Origin: the human T2T-CHM13v2.0 reference genome, Homo sapiens
DNA length: 64,000 nt
Strand: one strand, 5' to 3'
Assembly (NCBI RefSeq): GCF_009914755.1
Contig: NC_060925.1
Of the stretch, positions 1-29,140 are shown one piece after another. Under the pieces are notes generated by a model, which was given only the letters and a program-made list of their open reading frames with translations, made no database searches and was not told the origin of the DNA. Every line of letters starts with the position of its first letter. Position 1 is the first letter of the stretch. Both the position numbers and the translations under genes were made by a program.

Positions 1-77
1 GAGTGAAAATAAAAGAGCAATGAAAATAAAACTTTTTTCTAAAACTTTGTTTTATTTCTATTTAATCTATATATTAG

Positions 78-387
<310 letters not shown>

Positions 388-525
388 TATATTGGTATTC
401 CTTTAAATTAAAAAAATAATTTGCAGAGTACCGTTTTTTTTTTTTTTTGCATAGGAAGAACTGCTATGCTTTTTTTCCCGTTAGTTTTAGTGACATGTAA
501 TAACTACAAATTTATGGGATACTGA

Positions 526-1610
<1,085 letters not shown>

Positions 1611-1764
1611 AGTATACTCATTTTATTTCACCTTTTTTGAATTAATTTTCATGTCAAACTGTACAGCACTCCAATTAATTAATGAACTCCCTCCTCATAT
1701 CTGGACATTTTTAGCTATCATAAATAATGTTAAAGTAAACATTCTCCAACACAGATTTCTTTTC

Positions 1765-2287
<523 letters not shown>

Positions 2288-2365
2288 TGATAGAGGTCAA
2301 AGAATATCAACACTTTAATGGCTTAGGATGAGGTCCTGCCAATTCCTCTAAAGAGTCCCACTTCA

Positions 2366-2572
<207 letters not shown>

Positions 2573-2957
2573 CTATGTAAAAAAGAGTGGCAAGTTATGT
2601 ATTATACTGAGTAGAAAACTCTAAAAAATATACTACTATATTTTTAGGGTCCTCCTCCTCTGAACAAAACAAAACAAGCATCAAACATTGAGGTTAAGGT
2701 GTGACTTTATTTCTGAACTGCAAACTTGAAATCACACTCAAGATTTTTTCCTTAAACTAATTTTTTAAATTATAAGAGTAATGCATGCCTAAATATATTT
2801 TTCAAAAAGTCCAATGAGAAGGATGTAAGGCAAAAGCAAAGTTCCCAGACATTCTACTTCCATAATCCCACTTCCCCAGAATTAACTACTATTTAAGTAT
2901 CTAGTTATTTATCAAACTAATATTATATAGTGTTAACTATGTCCTATGGTCTACTAA

Positions 2958-3250
<293 letters not shown>

Positions 3251-3469
3251 TTACTGATTTATGTTATTATTTTAATCCTTGTACCAATCTTAGGTGGTAG
3301 GTACTATCATTATACTTATTTCACTGATGGGGAAACTGAAGCAGATACAGGTGAAGTAACATGCTGAAAAGAGCTGAGGTCTTTACCACTAGGATAGGTT
3401 GCCCCTCTTCTACATAAAAAAATAAATAAGATCATATTCATTCTTAATATTAATCCAAAGAAAACATTA

Positions 3470-4005
3470 TTTCACTGCCTTGCTCCAAACCCTCTAATAA
3501 ATTCCCCTTTCAATTAAAGTCCAAAGTCCTTTCCATGACCGGTTGGGCTCCATTTGAGCTAGCCTCGCCTATGTCTCCAACCTGATCTTGTACCACGTAC
3601 TCCGTTTCTCAAAGTCCCAGCTACACTGGTCTTTCTGTGACAGGTTGAAGCTTGTTTCTGCTTCCTGACCTGCTTCACTTGCTGCTGGCTCTGCCTGGAA
3701 TGTACTCTCCCAGATCTTCACATGGCTGGCTCCTTTACATCATTCAAGTCTCAGATTAGACATTGCATTTAGAAAGCCTTCCCTGACCCCCTGTCTAGAA
3801 GAGATCCTCTTCCACCCCCAGGTCACCTCTAACCCTGTTTCATTATCCTCATAGCCTTTTGCACTGTCTAAAATTATCATATTTATTTATTTATCAGTTC
3901 ATTACTATCTGTCTCATCTCACATTAGAACATGAGGCCAGAGGCTTTATCTGTCTCCCTCAGTGCCTCAAACAGTGCCTGGCATGCAGGAGACACTCAAA
4001 TGTTG
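3470..4005 (+). mobile_element. L2 3' fragment
   Basis: ctctgcctggaatg...acagtgcctggcatgcagg...caaatgtt L2 terminus. Confidence 0.7.
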
Positions 4006-4549
4006 GACTTTGTTTTAGAAATTGTCTTTAACATGATTAATACTGTCAACTGAAAAATTAGTTTAAATTTCTATAATAATAATGCATATTTATATAGGAA
4101 AATTTAGGAACCATAAGATGAACATTAAAATGCAATTTTCCACTGCTCCAGATGTTTCGTTGTATTTTCTTCTACCCCAATTAGATATTCTACTGTTTTA
4201 TTCTTATTTCTCTGATGAAAAGTAAGGTAGAATTTTTTTTCATTATGTTCATCAGCTGTTTGCAGTTCTTTTGTGATTTAGTTCATCCTGTCCTTTTCCC
4301 ATGCCTATGAATTTTTTATTAAGGTATAAGTTCAAATATTATTTCAGAAAGGTCTTCTCTGATCACATCCTCTAAAGCACTTCTCACCATCCCTTACACT
4401 GCATTCTCTATCAATTTGCCCTCTGTGTCTCCTACAGAACACACCATATTCTACAATTATTTTGTTTGTTTATTTATTTATTTATCAACTGTTTGTACCT
4501 CCTGTCCCTCTGGAATCATGTAAGGTCTGTAAGGGAAGCAATCTTGTCT

Positions 4550-5478
<929 letters not shown>

Positions 5479-5531
5479 GGTTGCCTTAATCACCATTGTA
5501 TTCCTGGTAACTGAAACAGCATCTAACATCA

Positions 5532-5957
<426 letters not shown>

Positions 5958-6044
5958 TCAAAGCTTTGGTTCAAGAATTCTTTTAATAATGCCTTTAATT
6001 TCTGGTAAAATTAGAGTACACTATAATTCTGGAATGTTTATTCA

Positions 6045-6164
<120 letters not shown>

Positions 6165-6403
6165 CTAAAAACCAGGAAATAAAAAAGTAGTTAATAGAAA
6201 AATATTCACAAGAAGAAGCATAAAGAGATATCTATATCCTTTATGAGTAAGTTCTATGACAAAAAGAACTGAGGCTTTGGACTTAGACAGACCTGGATTT
6301 GATCTAAGCTCTGTTACTTATACCTATATGATTATGAGAAAGCTTGTTGCTGCTGGGGTGTGCGTAGAATTTTGAAACTATTTTTCCCACATGACATGGT
6401 CTA

Positions 6404-6783
<380 letters not shown>

Positions 6784-7434
6784 TCTGGTTTTAAATAAAT
6801 AAAGTTTAGAATAACAAAATAAAGTTACCTCTGTCACATTGTCATCCTTGAGATCACCCAAAAACAAGAAAGGGAAAAAAACCCATCCACTCTCTGAAAA
6901 AATATGGTACCAATGAAACCCTAGGCACAATAAATGAGGATGACCTGCCAAATTCAGTGAAGATTACACCAGAGCCTACAAGTATGCTGAGATTAAACAC
7001 CTGCTGTGGTCCCCACTCTCAGACAAAGTTGGCAGAGCACCAAGTAGGTGGTACATCTGCAGAGCACAACCATTATCCTGGTTGCAACAAAGATTTAAGG
7101 GGCACAAGCTGTGGGAACTTCCCAGAACTCTATTTGGCACCATGAAATAGTAAGATAAGACAGGCCTGAATGATAAAATGCTCAGAAATGTTCTCTTTGC
7201 TGGAGGCAGTCTGTTGATGAACTACGGTTGGGAGAGAGGGCCAGAAGCAGCTTCACTACCAGCTCAGTTCACTGCCCAGTTGCTTCCCGCACATGGCTGG
7301 CTGAAGGAGACCTCATTTCACTCAGTAATGAGTAATAATCAAAACCAAACAAGCAAAAGATCTATACAGCAAATCTACAAGAATTAGGAAGAATGGAATA
7401 GGAAAAGCAAATGTCAGATAAAAAAAATTTTCTA

Positions 7435-7735
7435 GGCAGGGTGCAGTGGCTCACGCCTATAATCCCAGCACTTTGGGGGGCCGAGGCAGGTGGATCACCT
7501 GAGGTCAGGAGTTCGAGACGAGCCTGACAAACATGGAGAAACCCCGCCTCTACTAAAAATACAAAATTAGCTGGGCGTGGTGGCGCATGCCTGTAATCTC
7601 AAGTATTCAGGAGGCTGCGGTGGAAGAGTCGCTTGAACCCTGCGGGGGCGGAGGTTGCAGTGAGCCGAGATCACACCATTGCACTCCAGCCTGGGCAAGA
7701 AGAGCGAATCTCCGTCTCAAAAAAAAAGAAAAAAA
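7435..7735 (+). mobile_element. AluSp-like
   Basis: aacatggagaaacccc diagnostic. TSD aaaaaattt(t)cta. Confidence 0.85.
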
Positions 7736-7976
7736 TTTCTAGAAGAATGTTGCTATGAAACAGACCAAACATATTGTTATGAATTTAAAGGACTTACTGA
7801 ACCAGTTTAAAATAAGACTTCAAAGCAGAAGAAATGATGAGGCAATAGAAGGAAGTTTAAAATAAGCTAACAGAACTCAGACAGGAAGGAAAATAAAACA
7901 TCTAGAAATAAAAGCCACATTATAAATGAGGGGAAAGACAGACAGGGATAAAACACAGTAAGATTTAGGAGGACTA

Positions 7977-8290
7977 GGCCAGGCGTGGTGGCTCATCCCT
8001 GTAATAACAGCACTTTGGGAGGCTGGGCAGGCAGATCGCTTGAGCTCAGGAGTTCAAGAGCAGCCTGGGCAATACAGCAAGACCCCATCTCTACAAATAA
8101 TACAAAAGAATTAGCTGGGTGTGGGGGCACATATATGTAGTACTAGCTACTTGGGAGGCTGAGGTAGGAGGATCGCTTTAGCCTGGGAGGCAGAGGTTGC
8201 AGTGAGCCAAGATCACACGACTGTACTCCAGCCTGGGTGACAGAGTGAGACCCTGTCTTAAACAAACAAAAACAATAACAACAACAAAAA
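7977..8290 (+). mobile_element. AluJ within degenerate L1M ORF1-like sequence (~7340-8740)
   Basis: Alu dimer with A-rich L1-like flanks. Confidence 0.75.
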
Positions 8291-9093
8291 ACTTTGGAGG
8301 ACAAGGTTGAGAAATGCAAGCAAAATGAAATGGAAATTTAAAAATAATAAAATGAATTTAAGATAAATGTATAGATAAAAAAGACAAAGTATATCCACCA
8401 TGTCCATATGAAGGAGAATGGGAACTGAAGGAGAATGGGAACAAGTGGAAAAGAAAAAATATTCAAAGTAGAATTCAAGGGAAACTTCACATAAATTAAA
8501 ACACTTTAATCTATAGATTGAAAGGACATACAATGAATGTCCCAAGAAAAACTGACAAGAATGACCCCTGTGACATATCCCACTGAGGTTCACTGGACTT
8601 CAAAAATAAGTTATCCTTTGAGCATCCAGGCAAAAAGATCAAGGCACCTTTAAGGGGAAACCAATCAGATTGGCCCCAGATTTCTCCATAGCCACATTCA
8701 ATAGTAGACAACAGTGGTGCAATGCCAGCGGAGGCTTTGGGGAAGGAAGTGAGACTCGCCTGTGTCCTAATAGTCTCATCTGTGAAGGGGATGTTAATAG
8801 GTCTTAATTTACAGCATCCTTATGAGGATTAAATAGTGTAAGTATAGACCACCTGTGACTTTAAAAAGTGCTCAGTCATAGCTATTATTATTTTACATAG
8901 CTGAACTTTCTTTCAGTAGGCACCAAATGTTTTTGAACACATAAGGTTCAGAAAATATAATTTCCATGAGCATCTCTTGAAGAAATGATTAGAGAAGGAA
9001 TTTCAGCCAACAAAGAGATGAATGGAGAAATGGAACATGAAAGCCAGTTGAAATGGACTGGAATAAAAACAGCTCAGGTAACTGAATTAATAA

Positions 9094-9403
<310 letters not shown>

Positions 9404-10329
9404 AATAAAAACTGTTAATATAATACCTGATAGTAGGTGCTTCTTATGTGTCAGGCATTGTTCCTAGCACTATACATTTATTACCATGACAACAACCCTG
9501 GGAGGTGGAACCTAATATCCATTAAAAGATAAGAAAACAGAAACAGAAATATCTGTTATGTAATTTGTTCACAACTACAAAATAATAAAGCCAGGATTCT
9601 AGCCCAGTCAGTTTGGCTCCAGAGCCCACTCTCTTAATGACTATTGTATATTGCTCAGAATGGCACAGGCTCCTCAGGCCTGCCTCCTGTACCCTCCTAC
9701 CAATACTCCTTACAGTTTGCTTGGAGGATATGGGCAGTCCTGATAGAGATCAAGAGCCCTGCCCATGTGCAGAGTTAAGTGTCAACACCAAGGCGCTGTT
9801 GCCCTTCAGCTAGTAGTAGTGGAGAAGTTCCTGGACAAGCCCTTGGCTATGACCTGGTTTCTCTTTCAGATCTGTCTGTAGCTAAGAATATTAAGTTTCA
9901 TCTTCAGGAGAGGAGCAAAGCAATCTAGTTCTTAAACTCAAGTTTGGGAGGCCACTTGGGAGAGGCCCAATGCCTTTCTTCCATCTGGTCAACCTCTGGG
10001 GATATTTTAGAAAATGCAGAACCATCTGTTAGGCATATCTGCTTGGTAGCAGATGGCCCGCATTTTCATTGGCATGTTTCTTCCTTGATGCAAAGGTGAT
10101 GGGAAGTCTGAGGCCTCATTAGGAGGAGCTTGAGTGAAAGCTCCTGTAGGTATGGTTTAGGGTTTCCAAGGAAGTCATATCATATAGACCACATTCTCTG
10201 ACCACATATAAATAAAAAATAAGTGGAAGAAAAAAAGTCAAGTTGAAGTCCCATAGCTCAAACATGGCCCATTGCAAAAGAAAAGAGAAAAAAAAAGACC
10301 AAAAAACTGTACAATTTTTTTAAAAAGTA

Positions 10330-12840
<2,511 letters not shown>

Positions 12841-12879
12841 GTCATATTGTTTTTTATATGCCAATACTGTTCTATGAGA

Positions 12880-13080
12880 TTTGCATGTATATATCTTAAA
12901 TTCTCAAAATCTCCCTATGGAATAGGTATTACCATTATCTCCATTTTATTGATAAAGAAACTGAGGCAAGAGAGGTTAAGAAGAGGGTAAGAAATTTACA
13001 GAGAGCAGGTTAATGGCAGAGTTGGAACCTGAGCCCAGATAGTCTGCCTCCAGAGCCTGTTCTTTTAACCACTAAAGTAA
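12880..13080 (-). mobile_element. MIR (other MIR relics near 3280-3400, 9420-9650, 22250-22440, 30000-30140, 41890-43135, 61560-61730)
   Basis: attatctccattttattgataaagaaactgaggc core. Confidence 0.75.
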
Positions 13081-14934
13081 CAGAACCAGGATTATTTATG
13101 TTGGAGAGGAGCATGCAGAGCAGGTTTAGCACCGACTGTGTCAGATACCCCTCCCGAGTGCACCCACTAAAGGTGTCTCTGGTCATTCCCTCCATACAAG
13201 CAACTCACAACAGGGCTAGGACTTTCATCCTTATTTCCTGAGGACTTTGTACAATGCCTGACGCATAATCAAATACAGATAAAAAAGCACTTGCCAAATG
13301 GATGAATGAAGTGTATGCTGGGTTTTTATCCGGAAGTAGGGCCCTCTGTCATGAACAATTCATGGGATCGGACTTAAAGAGTGATATCCTTCCACTGTCC
13401 TGATCTTGGGCTCCTGAATCTTAAGAAACACTTCATCTTAACTCTGTTCAATGTCAGGATTTAAACATGACTCTTTCCACAACCATCTTTCAATAATCAT
13501 CTTGGGAGTTTATATTTCTTTCCTGACACTATTTTCTTCCTCCCTTCTTTCTGTATATTCTGAAATCTAACATTATTTGTGTCCAAGTTATCTTCCCTTG
13601 TGGAAAGCTGGATGATTTGAAGGCAGATACTCGGTTACATTCATCTTCAAACCTCCCCTCCTCTCTAGCACACAGCACAGTTTGGTATTTAAGTGTTCCG
13701 TAAATGTTTATTAAATAACCAACATAAATAGTGGCTTTGGCTTTAAAATCTCATTGAGGATTAAAGTGCATACTTTTCTATAATATTTAATACTTTTTTT
13801 TTTTAAAGCACAAACCAGGTAGCTCATTAGTAAACTTATTGGGAAGCAGTAAAGACTAGTCTGGCATTCAGCTACAAGACAAATTCTAGTTCTAAGAAAA
13901 AATCTCAAGCCAACCCTTCATCAAAGAGGTAGTTACAATGAGCAGGCTCTTCCACTTGTGGCTTACATCAAAAACCAAAAGCAAATTTCCCACATGCTTG
14001 TATAGAAAGGATGGTTGGCCACGTACTGTTTTGTTTTGTTTTGTTGTTTTTCAGGCACAGCCACAGACACAAACTGTAATTACTGTCAGTAAAACGATAT
14101 TCTAAATAAAAAGACACAGAAATTATAGAGAATGTTTCACTTTACCATAGGATGATCAGCGAAAACATCAAAGGTTTTTCCTGTCCTAAGATTGTTCTTT
14201 ACTCCGGTGATTCTCCTAAATGCCTCTCTTGCCTGCACATACCTCATCAAACCAGGAGATGGCACTCTTTAGTCTTATTTGACGAAACCCACCCTAGTTG
14301 AATGAATAATTTCATCAACTATGGAAACTATACCACAAGGGGGCAATAACAATGAACAGATGTATACTACCAGGTTTTAAGTAATTTTCTAAGATGTGTG
14401 TTCTAAAAATGTATTTCAGACAAACTCATCAATTTTTCCTAAGGAAAAAAAATAGCTGAGTTGGGTTAACAATGCCTGAAAATCTTCCACGTCTCTCGTC
14501 AACACCCTCTCCCGTTCCCCGTATCAACGATACTAAATCTTCACCATTTTCTAGACTTGCACTTCATGTTCGCGTTCTCATCCTCTCTCTCTCTCAGCCA
14601 TTAAAAGTGCTCAAATCTCTCTCCCCCCTGCCCGCAACACACACATCCTCTCCACTCTTTCCTTCCTTCGGTTATAATAGAGTCTGCAATTTATTTTAGA
14701 ATTCCTCAGCACACACAGTTTAATATATGTGTGTAAGTTATAGTCCAGATGTCTCTCATATCCAAATCAGGAATGCACAGGTGCTTGGCTAGAGCTGTAA
14801 TCAGGAAGCCAATGCTCGAGGCAGCTACTCCAAGCGCTTCTATATTCCTTATCTCCTTACTTTGATCAAGATTGGTCAATTTCTGAGACTTGTTAATTAG
14901 GAAATCTGGCTTTTATTGGTGAAATTTGTCATTT

Positions 14935-15219
14935 TCTCGAGACAGGGTCTCACTCTGTCGCCCAGGCTGGAAGTGCAGTGGCATGATCACAGCTCACTGC
15001 AGCCTTGACCTCCTGGGCTCAAGCAATCCTCCCACCTCAGCTTCCTAAGTAGCTAGGATTATAGGTGCATGCCACCACCCTGGCTAATTTTTTATTTTTA
15101 GTAGAGATGGTGTGTCAATTTGTTGCCAAGGCTGGTCTCAAGCTACTGGCCTCAGGCAATCTGCCTGCCTTGGTCTCCCAAAGTGCTGAGATTACAGGCA
15201 TAAGCCACTGCACCCGGCC
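14935..15219 (-). mobile_element. AluJ
   Basis: Alu dimer. Confidence 0.85.
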
Positions 15220-15424
15220 TGTGGTTTGTTAAATAGCATGATAAATGGATGGATAAATATTACAAATGAATGATAACTGGTAAAATTAAAGGTATCTAAG
15301 ATATGTGTTGTGGATTGGCTGAAATATGAGATATTCCATACCTTTTAATGAAGAGGTTTTAAGAACTAGTTGAGGCTATAATCTTTACCTTTAGGGAGGT
15401 ACCTGGAGCTAACAGTTTTACAGT

Positions 15425-15598
15425 TAGAGGTTCTCAAACTTTAGAGAGCTTCAGATTGCACGGAGGGCTGATGAAAACACAGTTTGCTGGACCTGTCTCA
15501 GAGTTTCTGGACTCAGTAGGTCTTGGATTAGGCTGAAAATATGCATTAATTTTAAGTGCCCACGCTGGCCTAAGAGACCACGTACTGAGAATTATTGG
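15425..15598. mobile_element. MER5A-like hAT-Charlie MITE
   Basis: ggttctcaaacttt ... accacgtactgagaattattg termini. Confidence 0.75.
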
Positions 15599-15709
15599 TT
15601 CAGAATTTCTAGTGGCCTGATGCTAATTATAAGGAAACACAAGCCTGCCTTTGAAGTATCATTGGTTTTGTCTTGACTAAATCTTTCATGCAAGTTGATA
15701 GAGCACTTA

Positions 15710-16042
<333 letters not shown>

Positions 16043-16480
16043 TTAATAAGTTTACAGGCAGATTATATGAAATGTTTCATGATTGCTTGAAAATAAATAT
16101 ATTTATTGCAAATAAAATGTTTTATGACTGAATAAATGTCTACATGTCTAGCAGAAATTGCTTTCATTACAACCTAGTAATAAGGTTGCATGGGGGTACT
16201 TAATCCTCACTTACATCAAACATCGGTGGATTCAGTTCCTTCTCTCCCTCCTTCCCAATCTCTATGTCTTTTATTTTTTTTCTTGACTTATTACAGTGAC
16301 TAGGATATTCAGTAATATGTGGAATAGAAATGACAACGTATATCCTTGCTTTGATCCTAATATCAGTGATTATATATTCAGACTTTCACCATTACATAAG
16401 ATGTTGGCTGTGGGTTTTTCATAAATGTCTTTTATCAGGTTAAGAAAGTTCCCTCCTATTCTTAGTTTGCTAAGAATTGA

Positions 16481-17255
<775 letters not shown>

Positions 17256-18172
17256 TCTGGCAACTCTTTATGAGTGTTCTTTATGGAATTCTCTTCCTTT
17301 CTCACCATCTTAAGTATTAGTGTTTTCCAGGGTTTTGTTCCATTTTCCTTGTGTTCTCTGTATACCATCATCAGTGACATTCCCACAGCTCTGAGGAATC
17401 CTGGCTCTATCCCAGCCTAGGCCTTTTTCGTGAATTAAATATCCAAGTGCTCCCTGAACATCTCTTGCCTCGATTTGGATAACCTAAAAGCAATTCACAC
17501 TCAATCTATCAAAGACTGAACCCATCACACCCTTCCCTCCTCTGTCCCAAGGTTGTCCTCCTTCATGGCCTGCCTCAGTGGAAGGTGCCATCAACCACCT
17601 AGGCACCGAGGGAGGAAGCAGTGAGTTGTCCTAAATTTCTTGTTCTTCCCAATTTCCCCAAACTCAACTGGTCACCAATTGCTGGCAATCAAATTATTTC
17701 CTTCATATCCTTTGAGGCTGTTTCATCCCTTCCATTCCCATTGTCAATGCCATAGTTTAAACCCTCGTCACTTGTGCCTGGATTATTACAACTGCCATAA
17801 AACAGATCCCCCTGCTTGTGCTGTCTCCTGTCTAATCCACCCTCTCCACTACAAGTAGCAAAATTTTTCTAAAACATAAATCGGATCAGTCACTTCCCTG
17901 CTTAAAAACTTCTACTGACTCTCTACTGCTCTGAAGGTAAAAGGCGAACTCCTTACCATGAGATACAAGGTCTGTTATGAGTTTGACCCTGCTTCCTTCA
18001 CCTCTGCAAACTGCCGTTCATCTTCTCTGCTCTAGCTATGCTATGCCTGGAATGTAGCATTATTTCTCATGTTTGTAGCTTTGCACATGCCTCCTTCTGT
18101 CTGCAATGCTCATTCATCAAAATTCAGCTCAGATGTAACCTTTTCCAGAAAGCCTTCTGGGACCTTCTTCAT

Positions 18173-18338
18173 TAGGGTTGCCGAGCAAAATACTGCTTAG
18201 GATACACTTATGCTGAAAAATTATTGTTGTTTATTGGCAATATTTGGGATATACTTATACTCAAGGTAGTCCTAGTTTATTTTAAATTCAAATGTAACTG
18301 AGCATCCTTATTTTTATTTGCTACATCTAGCAACCCTA
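18173..18338. mobile_element. MER53-like hAT MITE
   Basis: Terminal inverted repeats tagggttgc ... gcaacccta. Confidence 0.75.
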
Positions 18339-18676
18339 ATCCCAGTCTCACTTATGTGCTCCTCCTTTTTATTTTTCCATATCCCCTACTAGTCTGTAAG
18401 CATCTTCAGGGCAGGGATACCTCTCATCTCTGTATCCCCAGGCTCAAGCACAGTGCAGTAAGCAGACAATAAATATTTAACTGAAATCAAATGTTTTATT
18501 GCTGGCTTGTCTTTTCTAAGTTGGCTTTAACCCTTAGTCTCTTTCTTGCTTCACAGGAATGAGCTAATCCTAACAGTGATACTGCCTGTCCCAGGATTAC
18601 AAGAAATATCACAAAATATAAGAGAGTGTAGCATAAGACATGAAGGCCACCAGAAGTGCTACTATGATTTAAGATT

Positions 18677-20610
<1,934 letters not shown>

Positions 20611-21295
20611 AGCAACCCCTCCTCCACCATATTATATAATTAGCTTGATGGAAAAAGAAAACAGCACAAGTGAAAAAAAAAATGGATTTTTCCAAGCACA
20701 TCTAATTAGGGTTAGTTGTTGCTCTCATTTTTAGACAGTTCTCATTGCCTACAACTTTCATAAGTTAACATTGGCTTTTCTGGGTGTACCATTCCCACTC
20801 CATTTCCCTTCTTGGAGTTTTAAAAGCCTATTATCCATCTCACTAGAGTCAAGCCCTAAATAATGGATGATGACAGTGGAAAGTTTCATATTTTTACTAA
20901 AACTGAAAACAGTAAACTTGAATTCAAATTGCAAACTAATGTACAGTGTGCAAAATTAATCTCAGTTCTGGTTCCTACCTTATAGCATTACCCTAAATCT
21001 TTTAACAAACATTATCCATTGGTTAGAGAAAACATCTCAGGAAAATAATATTAATATTCTATAGTGATTTCCAATGTTGAAACGATATACTTGATTAATA
21101 GATTAATATGCACTGTACATAATTTATACGAAATGCATATATAATTTGTTCAACATTCTGTTTGTTTTTAGAATTTACTACAAAAAGACAAAAGAGAAAA
21201 ATATATTAATTTATAGTCAATTAAAAGCCCCAACCAAGGCTGTGGTTCAGTGGCTACTAATACATAGTTCTGGGAATTCTCTGGTCTAGTGTTAA

Positions 21296-21633
<338 letters not shown>

Positions 21634-21780
21634 TTGAAGGCCCTGTAGAAGTTCTGCCTCCTCTATGAAGCCTTTCCCCACTATTCTATCTAAAATAATC
21701 TCCCTATTCATAGATCCTTTCTTTCTTTACATTTTTGTAGTACAACTATTTACCGTACAAACTAAATCATTTTAACCTGA

Positions 21781-22176
21781 TGTGATGGTCTTTTGATCTG
21801 CCAACTAGGTTGGCTAGGCCATAGCCCCCAGTTATCAAAACAAACAATCTAGGTGTTGCTGTGAGGGTATTTTGCAGATGTAATTAAAATTCATAATCAG
21901 TTGACTTTAAGAGAGAGTATCCTAGATAGTCTGGGTGAGCCTGATTCTACCAGTTGAAGGGCCTTAAGAGCGCCACTGAGGATTCCTTGATGAAAAAATG
22001 TTGCCTGTAGACAGCAGCTTCAGCCAATGCCTGAGAATTCCAGCCTGCCCTTCCTGATAGCCTTCCATATGGATTTTAGATTTGCCCAGCCAGCTCCCAC
22101 AACTGTATAAACCAACTCCTTACAATAAATCTCTTTATATCACTTTTGCTTCTCTGATTGAATCCTGACTGATACA
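21781..22176 (+). mobile_element. MLT2-type (ERVL) solo LTR
   Basis: TG...CA termini, aataaa near 22125, and a perfect 5-bp TSD cctga on both sides. Confidence 0.82.
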
Positions 22177-22449
22177 CCTGATTAAATAATGTGTGTGTGT
22201 GTGTCTTATCTTCCCAGTCAGACTGAAGGGCGGAACTTGAGAATATAACAATAATAACTTACTGTACATTTACCATGTGTCAGACACAGTGTTGTCTTTC
22301 AATACATGAACTCATTTTATCCTTACGACCACCTGATATGAAAGTATTATTAATCTCCATTTACAAAGCCTAAATAATTTGCCCAACTTATACAGCTCAG
22401 AAATGGCAAAGCTGGAACTGAAACCTAAAGTTCTTTTACTCCAATTCTT

Positions 22450-22584
22450 TTTTTTTTTTTTTTTTTAGTAGAGTTGGGGTTTCACTGTGTTGGCCAGGAT
22501 GGTCTTGATCTCTTGACCTCGTGATCCGCCCGCCTCGGCCTCCCAAAGTGCTGGGATTACAGGCATGGGCCACTGCGCCTGGCC
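22450..22584 (-). mobile_element. Left-monomer-only AluS/Y with poly(A) and 17-bp TSD
   Basis: TSD cttttactccaattctt at 22433-22449 and 22585-22601. Confidence 0.85.
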
Positions 22585-22718
22585 CTTTTACTCCAATTCT
22601 TATGCTCTTAACTACTGCAATGGATGGGACCCTTCACACACAAATGGAGAGAGAGAGAAAAAGACAGAGGCATGCAGAGAAGAAAGCTATGGAACACAAG
22701 ATAGACCACAACTGTTAA

Positions 22719-24695
<1,977 letters not shown>

Positions 24696-25306
24696 GCTGA
24701 CTAAATTATTAAGAATAGGAAAAATAAGCTAAAGGAAAGATTTTGCCAACTTTTGAAGAGAATAAAAGGACCCACACTTTAAAACTTAAAACTTTAGCAA
24801 ATAATATTTGTGGAACCTCTTTTGGATCTTCTGTGTCTCTTTATAATCTTCTTTAGTTGACAAAGATGAAATTGACTGAAGATTTTGAACGGAATCTGTT
24901 CAAAGGTTATACACAGGATATTGTAATCCTTTGATGAGCATGTGTTTACTAAGCATGACTTTAAGATTATGCAGTTTTATATATATATACCTAAAATTCA
25001 AAATTAGCAATTTTATTATACGCTTTGGTTCTCTTCAATCCACTTAAAAAAAGAACAGTCCATGCACTAATACAGAGGGAGAGAGGCAATCGGTTTAGAC
25101 TCCACATTTCAAAACAGTAATGACCAGGACCAGAAGTATGTGTGGATATTGCCATAATTCATGAAATGGCCAGGTAATTACTTAGGCAGCTATTGTAAAA
25201 CTGAACCATGGGAGAAGCCAATTTAAAATATATTACATTTCAAGTTAGGAAGGGCTGATTAGACTTTAAAAAAAGGTATAATCTGCAATAAAAAACTTAC
25301 ATGAAT

Positions 25307-25311
<5 letters not shown>

Positions 25312-25350
<39 letters not shown>
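25312..25350. repeat. (AC)n microsatellite, about 19 units
   Basis: Directly visible. Confidence 0.97.
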
Positions 25351-25353
<3 letters not shown>

Positions 25354-25389
25354 CTGTTGCTCTCCTCCAAACATCCAAGAATTTGCATA

Positions 25390-29140
<3,751 letters not shown>

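Noticed and set aside
9660-10190. GC-richer unique-looking stretch, possible processed pseudogene
   Set aside because: No sustained ORF or recognisable protein in the frames I read; identity unresolved without BLAST/Dfam.
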